A stretch of DNA of 64,000 bases from a virus (lineage: Duplodnaviria; Caudoviricetes), in the IMG/VR virus record IMGVR_UViG_2772190730_000001, positions 1 to 64,000 of that record; one strand, given 5' to 3'. The position numbers and the translations under genes are program-made. Every line of letters starts with the position of its first letter. Within the stretch, counting starts at the first letter, position 1. This document shows, one piece after another, positions 45,498 to 54,782 of the stretch. The notes beneath the pieces were generated by a model. The model was not told where the DNA came from. It made no database searches and was given only the letters and a program-made list of their open reading frames with translations.

Positions 45498-47436
45498 GAG
45501 TGCCGACCTCCTCGGCTTCGAGCTCGGCCTGGTCGTCGTCCTGCCGTGGATCCGGCACCACGACATCCCGCGGCGGTGCCCAGCGCGGCGCGTGGTCGTG
45601 GTCGGCGTTGACGCCGTCGAGACGATGCGAGCGCTCCGACCCATCGCACACCGTGCACAGGGTCGCGGCCCGAACATCAGCCCGCTCGAATGACTTCGGA
45701 GTCGTCACCCGAACCGGCCGCATGCCGTTGACGATCATCAGTGCCTCGTGCGGCTTCATCTGCGAGATCGCAGCCTCGCTCATGGTGGCCACTGGACGGT
45801 CGTCGTCCGCGTCGAACCGCTTCATCCGGCCACCTGTCAGCGTCGACAGCAGCGACAGGTCTTTCTCGCTCTTCGTGCCTCCGAGAACCGTGAGGACGCC
45901 TGCGTTTCCGGCGATGACCTCAGCGGCGCCCGCGCCCCAGCCCATGTTCAGCTGAGCCAGGGACTGCAGGGTGATGACGCCCGGGATGCCGGCACCACCG
46001 TTGTCGCTGGTCCACTTCGCCAGGTCCACGCCCGGGCACGTCAGGAACGCCTCGTCCAGGGCCATCAGGAACGGCGGGTCCAGGCGGCCGCCGTCAGCGA
46101 CCCGGATGGCCTGGAACGCCAGCTCTGAGGTGAGCGCGTTCGTCAGCGGTGTGATCCCTGAATGATCCCGAGGGCACACCAGGTAGAGGGTGTCGGTGCC
46201 CGACCGGATCAGGTCGGCGATGTCGAGGAAGCGCGGGTCGTCCAGTGCGGCGTCACCGATCACGGCGGCCCCGGGGGACCGCAGCCACCGCAGTGCCTCG
46301 CTCATCGGGGACATGTACCCGAACTTCTGCCGGCCATCCTGCTCCAGGGTGTCCTTCACCTTCCGGATCAGGTCGGCGTTGCCGTCGAGGTATTTCTTGA
46401 TCAGCGCGGTCATCTCGAACACGGTGGTGCTCGTGTTCTCGCTCTCCACCCACCGGGCGACGTCCCGCAGTCGAAGGCCAGCAGCGGCTGCCACGTGCAG
46501 GAAGATCGGGAACCTCTCGCGGGCCTTCTCCGTCCAGGACGCCGACTCTCCCTGTGTCGAGGAGATCAGCTCACCAGCGCGCCGCTCCGCGGTGACCATG
46601 TCGGTGCAGCCCGCCAGCGGCGACCACCGGACCGTGCTCCTGATCGAGTCCAGGCCCAACGGATTGAAGATGACGATCCGGCCCCTGCTGCGCCGCATCG
46701 CTCCGGTGGTCTTCAGCAGGTCGACGCGCGTCGATGTCACTAGCGCAGACCCGGGGTGGTCGATGATCCGGCACGCGAGCTTGGTCGTCTTCCCCATCTG
46801 CGGTCCGCCCGTGCAGATTTCCCAGAGCTTCAGCGAGGTGCGCAGGTCCTGGCGCCATGTGTACGGGCCTAGCTTCGCGCCGAGCGTGCCCTGATGCACT
46901 GACCAGTCGGTGGCCGGCAGGTCCCGCAGATTGCGGCCCTCCAGTGACGGGCGGAGCACGGCGGCGTCGGCCTGCAGCGCGGCGTTGTTCTCGCCGACGT
47001 CCATCCAGCTGGCCATGCCGTGGTTGTGATCGCTGTGCTCGTCGGCGCGCAGGATCACTTCGTCCGACGCCAGCGGCCGCACCAGCCGATCCCACAGCCA
47101 CCATCCGATGACCCCGGTGGCCGTGCCGTACGCGACGAGCACCGACACGGTTGCGCTACCCAGCAGCAGGCCGGCGACCCAGGCCAGCACCCACACTGAC
47201 CCACCGATCCGGGCCGGCCGATCGTGGCCGAAGAACCCCACGACCAGGAGCCCGACGAGTCCGGCCACGGGCCCGGCCAGCGCGGTAACGACCCAGGTCG
47301 TCGGTGAACCGATCAGGATGCCGAGGCCCACGGCCAGGGTGGTCGAGGCGATGGCGGACCGGAGGGCAACGTCGGGGCGCCACAAAAAGCGAGCCTCGCG
47401 GGCCATAGCCCAGGGCGCGCAGGTACGGTTGAGCAC
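45490..47436 (-). CDS. Type IV coupling protein (VirD4/TraG/TraD family)
   Basis: N-terminal TMs, GGPQMGKT Walker A, ALDEA Walker B, LQSLAQL motif; GGAGAGG RBS. Confidence 0.85.
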   Translation of the reverse strand: MLNRTCAPWAMAREARFLWRPDVALRSAIASTTLAVGLGILIGSPTTWVVTALAGPVAGLVGLLVVGFFGHDRPARIGGSVWVLAWVAGLLLGSATVSVLVAYGTATGVIGWWLWDRLVRPLASDEVILRADEHSDHNHGMASWMDVGENNAALQADAAVLRPSLEGRNLRDLPATDWSVHQGTLGAKLGPYTWRQDLRTSLKLWEICTGGPQMGKTTKLACRIIDHPGSALVTSTRVDLLKTTGAMRRSRGRIVIFNPLGLDSIRSTVRWSPLAGCTDMVTAERRAGELISSTQGESASWTEKARERFPIFLHVAAAAGLRLRDVARWVESENTSTTVFEMTALIKKYLDGNADLIRKVKDTLEQDGRQKFGYMSPMSEALRWLRSPGAAVIGDAALDDPRFLDIADLIRSGTDTLYLVCPRDHSGITPLTNALTSELAFQAIRVADGGRLDPPFLMALDEAFLTCPGVDLAKWTSDNGGAGIPGVITLQSLAQLNMGWGAGAAEVIAGNAGVLTVLGGTKSEKDLSLLSTLTGGRMKRFDADDDRPVATMSEAAISQMKPHEALMIVNGMRPVRVTTPKSFERADVRAATLCTVCDGSERSHRLDGVNADHDHAPRWAPPRDVVVPDPRQDDDQAELEAEEVGTHE

Positions 47437-47471
47437 GATGGTCTTCCTCTCCAAGGGGGTTGCTCATCACT

Positions 47472-47503
47472 GGCGTGGTGGGGTGTCACGACCCCGCCAC
47501 GCC
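47472..47503. terminator. Hairpin between the small regulator and the T4CP
   Basis: 12-bp stem GGCGTGGTGGGG/CCCCGCCACGCC followed by GCTTTCGTTTG. Confidence 0.55.
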
Positions 47504-47549
47504 GCTTTCGTTTGCGGCCGGTAGTCACGAGTACCGATCGCGAACGCTC

Positions 47550-47810
47550 TTACTCCCCGGTCTGCGGGGTCTTTCTCTTTCGGCCGGGCGGCCGCGGGCC
47601 GATCCCGACCTCGCGGGCGATTCGCCGAAGGTGCTGAATCGTGTAAACCCCCCGCTCCTCGAGCTGCTCCAGGGGCACACCACCGCGAATGGCGGCTTTC
47701 ACCGCTTCCCGTTTTCGTTCGCTGGCGGCCTCGCTCTCTGCCGCAGCCGCCTCGGCTGCTACGACGGCCTCATCCACAGCCTTCATGAGGCGGTCCTGGT
47801 CGGTGGTCAC
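47550..47810 (-). CDS. Small putative DNA-binding regulator
   Basis: Helical protein with HTH-like segment (AIRGGVPLEQLEERGVYTIQHLRRIARE) and basic tail; AAGGAGGAG RBS. Confidence 0.6.
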   Translation of the reverse strand: MTTDQDRLMKAVDEAVVAAEAAAAESEAASERKREAVKAAIRGGVPLEQLEERGVYTIQHLRRIAREVGIGPRPPGRKRKTPQTGE

Positions 47811-47853
47811 ACGTCATTGTCTCGATCTCCTCCTTCCGGGTGCCGGGATCACC

Positions 47854-47894
47854 GTACACGACAATGCGAACCCGATGTTCGTATTTCCGTGTAC
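47854..47894. promoter_or_regulatory. 41-bp nested dyad over divergent -10 boxes
   Basis: GTACACG-N6-CGAAC-N5-GTTCG-N6-CGTGTAC; TACAGT on plus and TACGGT on minus. Confidence 0.6.
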
Positions 47895-47957
47895 AGTCTC
47901 CCCCTGTCGGTGCGTGACCACCGGCGCACTACACAGCGTCACTTGGAGGACGGGCAC

Positions 47958-49025
47958 ATGACCGACCCGCAGCACCCCCAGGCCACCCCAGACCGAAAGA
48001 CCCGCACCGCCATCGGCGTCGCCCTGGCCGGCGTCGGCATCTCAGCCCTCGCCGGTGCCGCCATGGGCTTCGAGCACACCGTCACCGTCGCCCGGGCCTA
48101 CGGCGCCCCCGCCTACTGGGACATCGTCACCGCCGCATCCGTCGAGGTCCTGCCCATCACCGGCACGGCCCTGCTCTACGTCTGCCACCGCCTCGGCTGG
48201 CCCACCCATTGGCCATACCGGGTGATCATGCTCGGCTCGATCTTGACCCTCGGCGCGCAGCTCTCCTGGTACGGCAACGAGGGCCAGGGCAACGCCACGG
48301 CAGACCCACAGGTCCTCGGGTACGCAGTCGCGTCCCTGCCCTCAGCGGTGACGCTCATCCTCGTCGCCATCGGCCACGCCGCCCTCGGGTACGCCAACCA
48401 ATTCCCGGCGCCCGCGGCTGACCCGGTACCCGAAGCCGCTGTGCCGCCTACTCCGATCCCCCAACACGAACCGCTTCCTACCCCAGAGCCGGTCCCTACC
48501 CCACCCCCTACCCCGGAGGTGGCGGCCGTGACCCCTACTCCGGTCCCCGTCGCGCCTACCCGCCCTCAAGTCCCTCGGCCGGTGCCAGCTACCCGGGTAG
48601 CTGGCACCCCCGACACCCCGGTGCAGGCCGCGGTGCGGAACTTCCTGGAGGCAGCCCTCGGCGCCGCTGATGCTGACCAGCTCGAGGTCGTGAGGAGCTT
48701 GCCGCGCGGCAAGACCGGGAGGCCCAGCGTCGCCGCGATCCGGGAGGCCCTCAAGGTCGGGCAGACCAAGGCGCAGGAATTGAGGGACGAGGCATTCCCA
48801 GCTGGAAGCCAGGACAAGAAGGACAAGCCAAAGATATTGAAAGTTGAAGGAAACGCGAGAGTAATAGAACGGGATTCTCATGTGGACAAGGAGGGGGAAG
48901 GTAAAAGCGAAGGAAAGAAGAAAGGGGAAGGGACCAATACAACTTCCGTTGATCAAGGTTCGGCCCGGCCTGCGGCCGGTCCGGAGCCGACTGCGCTGCG
49001 CGTCGTCGGCGGGGGCCGTGCGTGA
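47958..49025 (+). CDS. DUF2637/SpdA-like membrane protein with Pro-rich linker and C-terminal HTH
   Basis: Four TMs, Pro-Thr linker, PSVAAIREALKVGQTKAQELRD; GGAGG RBS. Confidence 0.7.
   Translation: MTDPQHPQATPDRKTRTAIGVALAGVGISALAGAAMGFEHTVTVARAYGAPAYWDIVTAASVEVLPITGTALLYVCHRLGWPTHWPYRVIMLGSILTLGAQLSWYGNEGQGNATADPQVLGYAVASLPSAVTLILVAIGHAALGYANQFPAPAADPVPEAAVPPTPIPQHEPLPTPEPVPTPPPTPEVAAVTPTPVPVAPTRPQVPRPVPATRVAGTPDTPVQAAVRNFLEAALGAADADQLEVVRSLPRGKTGRPSVAAIREALKVGQTKAQELRDEAFPAGSQDKKDKPKILKVEGNARVIERDSHVDKEGEGKSEGKKKGEGTNTTSVDQGSARPAAGPEPTALRVVGGGRA
48581..48608. repeat. Perfect 28-bp palindrome
   Basis: GGTGCCAGCTACCC|GGGTAGCTGGCACC. Confidence 0.9.
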
Positions 49026-52000
49026 TCACGATCGCGAAGATTCAGGGCAATGTGGACTACTACATTGCGGGGGAGCGGAGCGACGCCGACCGGGCCGCTG
49101 GCTACTACCTGGACGGCGCCAGCGGGGAGCCCCCGGCGTTCTGGTCGGGCGCCGGCGCGGAAGCCCTCAGCCTGTCCGGGCAGATCGACGAGGCCGAGTT
49201 CGCGGCACTCTTCACCACCCACGCTGACCCGCGAGACCCGAAGTTCGCCGACCCAGCTACCCGCGGTGAGGCCGCCCTACTCGGTTCGAAGCTCCCTACC
49301 TACCGATCCACAGGTGACCTACTCGCGGCGAAGCTGGCCGCCTACCCGGGTACCCCTACTCCGGAGGACCAGGCCCGCCTACTCGTCGCCGCGGAGAAGG
49401 AGACCCGGCGGGCGCTACTCGGGTATGACCTGACGTTCTCGCCGCCGAAGGATTTCACGCTCCTCCTGATGGCGGCCGGGTATGCCGAGCAGGCCGCTCG
49501 GGACAGCGGGAACGTCGAGGAGATGAACCGGTGGGCTGCCCGCCGGACCGACCTGACCCAGGCCGCGCTCGATGCGAACAAGGTGGCCCTGGAGTACGCG
49601 GCCGAGCAGGCGGCCTACTCGCGGCAGCAGGTGGCCGGCACGCAGTTGATCGTCAAGGGCAAGGGATTCGTGCACGCAAGCTTCGAGCAGCACGACAACC
49701 GGGCCGGTGCCCCGTCGTTCCACGTCCACAATCCGACGCTGAACAAGATCGAGAACGAGGACGGGAAGTGGCGGACGCCGGAGGGCCCGGGGATTGTCGC
49801 GGCCCGGCCGGCGGTGTCGGCGGTGGCCGACCGGGCACTGCGCGAGCGCGTCGAGGAACTGGGTTACTCCACCGTGGCGCGGGCCGAGGCCCGTACGTGG
49901 GCAGTCGAAGGGATCACCGATGAGGTTCGTGAATCGGTGTCAGAGCGCTCACAGGAGGTGAACGCAAAGACGCAGGAACTGTTGGACTTGTACGCGGAGC
50001 GTTACGGGCGGGAGGCCACCGCCCGGGAGGCATCGAAGCTTCACCGGGCGGCGAACAAGCAGACCCGGGCAGCGAAGGTGAAGGGCGGGCAGTCCACAGC
50101 AGACCTGATCGAGCGGACCCACGAGGCGGTCCAGCGGGAGATGGCCGGTGGCCTTGAGGCCCTGGCCGCCCGGCACCGGGACATCAGCCCACCGGCGGTC
50201 GGCAGCGAAACGGCGTGGTCACGGCGAGCCGTGATCGCACAGGCGCTGGACGCCGTGCAGGCAGCGGACGCGACGTGGACACGGTGGGACCTGACGCAGC
50301 GCCTCGAGGAACTGCTGCCGCCGCTGGCCCTGGCGACCGAGGACGTGCCCAAGCTGCTGCATGAGTTGACGACCGAGGCGCTGCATCAGGGGTACGAGCC
50401 GATCGCGAAAATCTCAGGTGGCATCCATGCACCGGATGCCCCCACCCAGCTGCGCCGCGCGGACGGCGCCCTGGTCTATGAGACCCCGACACAGCACCGG
50501 TACGCGCTGCGCTCTCACCTGGACAAGGAGGCATCTCTCCAAGCTGCTGCTGTGATCCGGGACCGGGCCGCGGTGGAGCCGGAGGCGGCTCGGAAGGCCC
50601 TGGCCGCATACGCCGATGGCCAGGATCCGGGCTACCGGTTGTCGGTTGATCAGCAGGCGGTCGCGGGGCAGCTGCTGACGGGCGGTGCCCGGCTGGCCAC
50701 GGTGATCGGCCCGGCCGGCACGGGGAAGTCCACCACGATCGGTGCGGTCTCGCAGGTGTGGCCGGAGGTGTCCTCCGGCGGCCGGGTCGTGGGCGTCGCG
50801 GTGAGCGAGAAAGCTGCGATGGCGCTGCGGGATGCCGGGGTCCCTCATGTGCTGAACGCGGCACGGTTCGAGGCCACCCAGGTGCGGCTGGCTGAGGGCC
50901 GGGACTGGACCGATGACGGTCCTTACCGGCTGCAGGCGAACGACAAGCTGGTGATCGACGAGGCCAGCATGATGACCACGCAGCTGTGGGATCGGCTGAT
51001 GCAGATGGCCGACCGGTCCGCGACCGCGGTGGTGGCGACGGGTGACCCGTTTCAGATGGGCGCGGTCGGTGCCGGCGGGGTGATGGCCGATATTGCTGCG
51101 GATCCCACGGCTGAGGTCATGACCTTGCGGCAGGTGCACCGGTTCGCTGAGCCGTGGGAGGGCGAGGCCTCGCTGCGGCTGCGGGACGGCGACCAGGACG
51201 TCGTCCGGGAGTACGCCCGCCACGGGCGGCTGTACGCAGCGGGTGACGCGGCAGGGATGCAGCAGCAGGCCGCGGAGATGTACGTGGCTGCGCGGGCCGC
51301 CGGGAAGACGGCCGCGGTCATGGCCGAGACGAACGCGACCGCGAACACGATCTCCGCTCTGATCCGTGACCAGCTGGTGGACCTCGGTCTCGTTGCGGAC
51401 GGGCCGGTGGTGGAGCTGGGCCGCGACGGCAACGTTGGCGGGGTCGGGGACGTCATCGCCTGCCGGCACCCGGATCGTGCGCTCGGTCTGGTGAATCGCG
51501 AGAAGCTCGAGGTGCTGGCCCTGGGCGAGGACGGCTCCATGGACGCGGTCACCAAGTCTGGTGCGGTCAAGCACATTCCGGCCGACTACGTGTCCCAGCA
51601 CGTGAGCCTCGGCTACGCCGCGACCATTCATGGCGAGCAGGGCGGCACCGTCGACGTCGGCATCACCGCGGTCACGAAAGATTCGTCGCGATCAGCCCTT
51701 TACACCGGGGCGACCCGGGGCCGAGAGCGGAACGTCGTGGTCGCCCAGACGGTGTACCCCGACAAGCTCCGCGGGCAGGAGAAACTTGACGAACGGGTCG
51801 AACCAATGCGGCCGGAGGCCGTGCTGGCGGCCGTCCTTGACGGCGATGGCCCGGAGCAGTCAGCGACGGCCCAGGCAGCCGAGCATGCCGAGCACCGTGC
51901 GTCGTGGGGCACGGTGGGTGGCGAGCACGAGCACGCCATGGAGGTTGCCTGCCGGGAGCGCACCGACCGGGCGCTGGACCGGCTCGCTGCCGATGGCCGG

Positions 52001-53254
52001 ATGACGGAGGCCGATCGAGCCCGATTCGCCGCTGATTCCGCTACCGGTCAGCTGTCGCGGATGCTCCGTAGCGCGGAGCAGGCTGGCCACGACTCCGAGA
52101 AGGTCCTCGTAGATGCTCTGGCCGCGGGATCGCTGAAGGGCGCCAAATCGGTCGGCCAGGTGATGTGCGCGCGGGTCGACAAGTTGGGCCTGCCCATGGA
52201 GCCGCAGCCGGGGCACGTCCCGGTGGCGGGCATCGGTGGCGAGTGGGCTGCTCATCTCGTGGCGCAGCACGAGCACGCTGCGGCGCGGGAGGCCGAGCTG
52301 GGCGAGCGGGTCGCGGAGGCCGCACCAGCGTGGGCGGTGACCGCTTTCGGTCCGGTCCCAGAGGAGCCCTCTGCACGAGGCGATTGGGTGGCGGCTGCTG
52401 GCCGTACGGAGCGGGCCCGGGAACGGCTGGGCTGGGAGGACGAGCAGCGGCCGCTCGGTCCGTCGCCGTCGACGCTGCAGCCGGAGGCTCGGGCGGAGTG
52501 GTTCGGCGCCTGGAATCAGCTCGGCCGGCCGGAAGCGGTGGCCGAGGAGGGCGGCATGAGTGAGGGGCGGCTCCGTGCCCGGATTGAGGCGGCCGAGCGG
52601 GTCGAGCGGGAGGCCCCGGCCCACCTGGACCGTCAGGCGGGGGCGACGTGGCAGGCCGCGGATGTGGCCGGCCGAGACGCTGCGCTGGCCGAGGCCCGGG
52701 GAGATCAGGCTGCCGCTGACGCTGCGGCCGAGGACGCTGTGCGGCTCGAGCAGAGGGCTCGGCTGCTGGAGCCTGCGGTGATCGCCCGGGACGAGCACGT
52801 CGAGGAGGTTCGGTCGCTTATGGAGACACGTCGCCGGGCCGAGGAGGAGCTGCTGGCCCGGGGCATCGACCTGGCGGTGGAGGAGAAGGCGACGGCTCAG
52901 GAGCACCTGGATGAGTTGCTCCCGCAGGACCCAGAGGAGGTGCTTGAGACCGACATCGATCTGGTGAGCGAGAAGGACCGGGCCGAGCTGGCTGCGGACC
53001 TGGCGGCCGAGATGGCTGACCTCTCACCCGAGGTGCACATCCCGGCTCAGCTTGAGCGGCCGGAGCCGGTGGGTGAGGTCGTTTCTGCGGAGTTCGCTCT
53101 TGAGGCGGCCGAGTTCGCGGCCACCTGGCAGAGGGATCACGACTACCGGGTGGCGCAGGTAGCGGAGTTCGAGGCGTCGCACGCGCTGGTGCCTGAGTCG
53201 CAGGTCCGGCGCCGCGATCAAGAGGCCACGGAGGGCATGCAACAGACCCAGTAA
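49022..53254 (+). CDS. MobF (TrwC/TraA-type) relaxase-helicase
   Basis: DYY/GYY catalytic Tyr, YDLTFSPPK, HDNRAGAPSFHVH (HUH); RecD-like helicase motifs GPAGTGKST, IDEASM, GDPFQ, GYAATIHGEQG. Confidence 0.92.
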   Translation: MITIAKIQGNVDYYIAGERSDADRAAGYYLDGASGEPPAFWSGAGAEALSLSGQIDEAEFAALFTTHADPRDPKFADPATRGEAALLGSKLPTYRSTGDLLAAKLAAYPGTPTPEDQARLLVAAEKETRRALLGYDLTFSPPKDFTLLLMAAGYAEQAARDSGNVEEMNRWAARRTDLTQAALDANKVALEYAAEQAAYSRQQVAGTQLIVKGKGFVHASFEQHDNRAGAPSFHVHNPTLNKIENEDGKWRTPEGPGIVAARPAVSAVADRALRERVEELGYSTVARAEARTWAVEGITDEVRESVSERSQEVNAKTQELLDLYAERYGREATAREASKLHRAANKQTRAAKVKGGQSTADLIERTHEAVQREMAGGLEALAARHRDISPPAVGSETAWSRRAVIAQALDAVQAADATWTRWDLTQRLEELLPPLALATEDVPKLLHELTTEALHQGYEPIAKISGGIHAPDAPTQLRRADGALVYETPTQHRYALRSHLDKEASLQAAAVIRDRAAVEPEAARKALAAYADGQDPGYRLSVDQQAVAGQLLTGGARLATVIGPAGTGKSTTIGAVSQVWPEVSSGGRVVGVAVSEKAAMALRDAGVPHVLNAARFEATQVRLAEGRDWTDDGPYRLQANDKLVIDEASMMTTQLWDRLMQMADRSATAVVATGDPFQMGAVGAGGVMADIAADPTAEVMTLRQVHRFAEPWEGEASLRLRDGDQDVVREYARHGRLYAAGDAAGMQQQAAEMYVAARAAGKTAAVMAETNATANTISALIRDQLVDLGLVADGPVVELGRDGNVGGVGDVIACRHPDRALGLVNREKLEVLALGEDGSMDAVTKSGAVKHIPADYVSQHVSLGYAATIHGEQGGTVDVGITAVTKDSSRSALYTGATRGRERNVVVAQTVYPDKLRGQEKLDERVEPMRPEAVLAAVLDGDGPEQSATAQAAEHAEHRASWGTVGGEHEHAMEVACRERTDRALDRLAADGRMTEADRARFAADSATGQLSRMLRSAEQAGHDSEKVLVDALAAGSLKGAKSVGQVMCARVDKLGLPMEPQPGHVPVAGIGGEWAAHLVAQHEHAAAREAELGERVAEAAPAWAVTAFGPVPEEPSARGDWVAAAGRTERARERLGWEDEQRPLGPSPSTLQPEARAEWFGAWNQLGRPEAVAEEGGMSEGRLRARIEAAERVEREAPAHLDRQAGATWQAADVAGRDAALAEARGDQAAADAAAEDAVRLEQRARLLEPAVIARDEHVEEVRSLMETRRRAEEELLARGIDLAVEEKATAQEHLDELLPQDPEEVLETDIDLVSEKDRAELAADLAAEMADLSPEVHIPAQLERPEPVGEVVSAEFALEAAEFAATWQRDHDYRVAQVAEFEASHALVPESQVRRRDQEATEGMQQTQ

Positions 53255-53327
53255 TCCGAGGACGGCACCGGCCAGTTTCTGAGGCCGGACCGGTGCCGCC
53301 ACCCCGAAAAGAGGCAGGGGCAGCATA

Positions 53328-53732
53328 GTGACGACTGAACCCATTGAGCCCACACCCGAAGACCATGGACCCGCAGCCGAGTTGCAATGGGTCGCGGCCG
53401 ACCCGGACCTGTGGTCGGCGTACAGCGCCGGCCTGGTCCGGGGCCAGGAGATCGGATACGCCGATGGTGCCGCAGCGGCCGAGGTCTACGACATCGCCCT
53501 GGAGGACGGCTACCAGCAGGGCCTTGCGGACGGGCTGAGGTCGGGGACCGCCGAGCGGCGCCTCGACCAGGCGCCCGAGCCGATGTTCCGGGTACCCACG
53601 GTGGCCGACCTCGGGGGTAGCGCTGAGGCCGGTGAAGCACTACGCCGACAGGCGGCCGAGTCCTGGAACATGGAGTACACCCCGACCTCGGACCAGGCCA
53701 CGAGTCAGGACCGGCACGACTTGGCCTCCTGA
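53328..53732 (+). CDS. Acidic hypothetical protein
   Basis: ORF flanked by hairpins near 53272-53307 and 53736-53777. Confidence 0.55.
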   Translation: MTTEPIEPTPEDHGPAAELQWVAADPDLWSAYSAGLVRGQEIGYADGAAAAEVYDIALEDGYQQGLADGLRSGTAERRLDQAPEPMFRVPTVADLGGSAEAGEALRRQAAESWNMEYTPTSDQATSQDRHDLAS

Positions 53733-53819
53733 CCCTGGGGGCGGTGCCGGTTCACCCGAACCGGTGCCGCCCCCAGCGCCACCCCGTACCCTGACCACAC
53801 CGACCAAGGGGGACCGACC

Positions 53820-54101
53820 ATGCGACGACTGCTCACCGACGCAGAGATCGAGCGCCTACCCGCAGACGTCCGCGACCATTACCGACACCACGACTACCTC
53901 CGGCACATCGACGACGTCCCGTACTTCCCCGACTTCAAACGCGAATGGTTCGAGGCCCAGCACGCCCGGTCAGTGGCCCGGGTCGTCGAGCACATCCGCA
54001 GCCGGGAAGGCGACCAGGCCGCCGAGGAAGCCGCAGCAGCCGTGAAGGAAGCCCGCGCCGAACGCGACCGCCTCGCCCTCCACCTCGCCCAGGCGTCGTG
54101 A
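53820..54101 (+). CDS. Small helical protein, possible antitoxin
   Basis: GGGGGA RBS; GTGA overlap with the next gene. Confidence 0.55.
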   Translation: MRRLLTDAEIERLPADVRDHYRHHDYLRHIDDVPYFPDFKREWFEAQHARSVARVVEHIRSREGDQAAEEAAAAVKEARAERDRLALHLAQAS

Positions 54102-54430
54102 CCCGCCACCACACCCGGCTCACCACGACCTGGCTGACCTCCCTCGCCGAAGAACTCCCCGAGCACCGCACCGCCACCCGCCCGGCCCGCTGGGACTTCG
54201 TGGCCCGCGACCTGCCCCCGATCCTCGAACGTCTCGCCACCAGCTGGGACCACCTGGTCGACTTCATCCCCGGCCGCCCCGAGTACCGGGAGTTCGACGG
54301 CACCAGCGACCTTGGCCTGACGTACCGAATCGAGTGCATGGCCGGCCGGGACGGGATCGTTGAGCCGGTCGGCGTGGAGATCGACGAGGCACCGCCGTGG
54401 ATGGGCGAGGAACCCTCGGTCGACGTCTGA
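54098..54430 (+). CDS. Small alpha/beta protein, possible RelE-like toxin
   Basis: Two helices followed by three or four strands; coupled pair. Confidence 0.5.
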   Translation: MTRHHTRLTTTWLTSLAEELPEHRTATRPARWDFVARDLPPILERLATSWDHLVDFIPGRPEYREFDGTSDLGLTYRIECMAGRDGIVEPVGVEIDEAPPWMGEEPSVDV

Positions 54431-54442
54431 CCCGCAAACGAA

Positions 54443-54481
54443 CGAGGACCCCCGCGCCTGCCCGAAGCGCGGGGGTCCTCG
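54443..54481. terminator. Bidirectional terminator
   Basis: Stem CGAGGACCCCCGCGC/GCGCGGGGGTCCTCG. Confidence 0.8.
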
Positions 54482-54497
54482 TCGTTCATGGGGCGGG

Positions 54498-54782
54498 TCA
54501 GGCCCGGCGGCGGATGCTCCCGGTCGCCTGGCCTCGCCATGGCTTGTGGATCCATTCGCCCCAGCGCAGGACGTAGGGCGCCCAGCCGTCGGCTCTCAGG
54601 TCCACGATCAGCGGGGTGTCCCGGGGCAGGACCTCCACCTGGCGCTCGCCCGGTGTGGGCTCGGTTACGCGGACGAAGACGACGCCGGCCGAGCTGGGTA
54701 CGGCGTCAACGGTCAGGCCGTCGGCGGGTCCTCGGACCAGCTGTAGCTGTGGCATCCATGCCCCCAGAGGTGGTGGGTGCAC
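54498..54782 (-). CDS. Small hypothetical protein
   Basis: ORF with LVRGPADG motif converging on the terminator. Confidence 0.45.
   Translation of the reverse strand: MHPPPLGAWMPQLQLVRGPADGLTVDAVPSSAGVVFVRVTEPTPGERQVEVLPRDTPLIVDLRADGWAPYVLRWGEWIHKPWRGQATGSIRRRA

Noticed and set aside
45490-47436. AICE-type TraB (FtsK/SpoIIIE) translocase interpretation
   Set aside because: Motifs fit VirD4/TraG coupling proteins, and the relaxase implies ssDNA transfer; no Rep or Int-Xis of an AICE is present.
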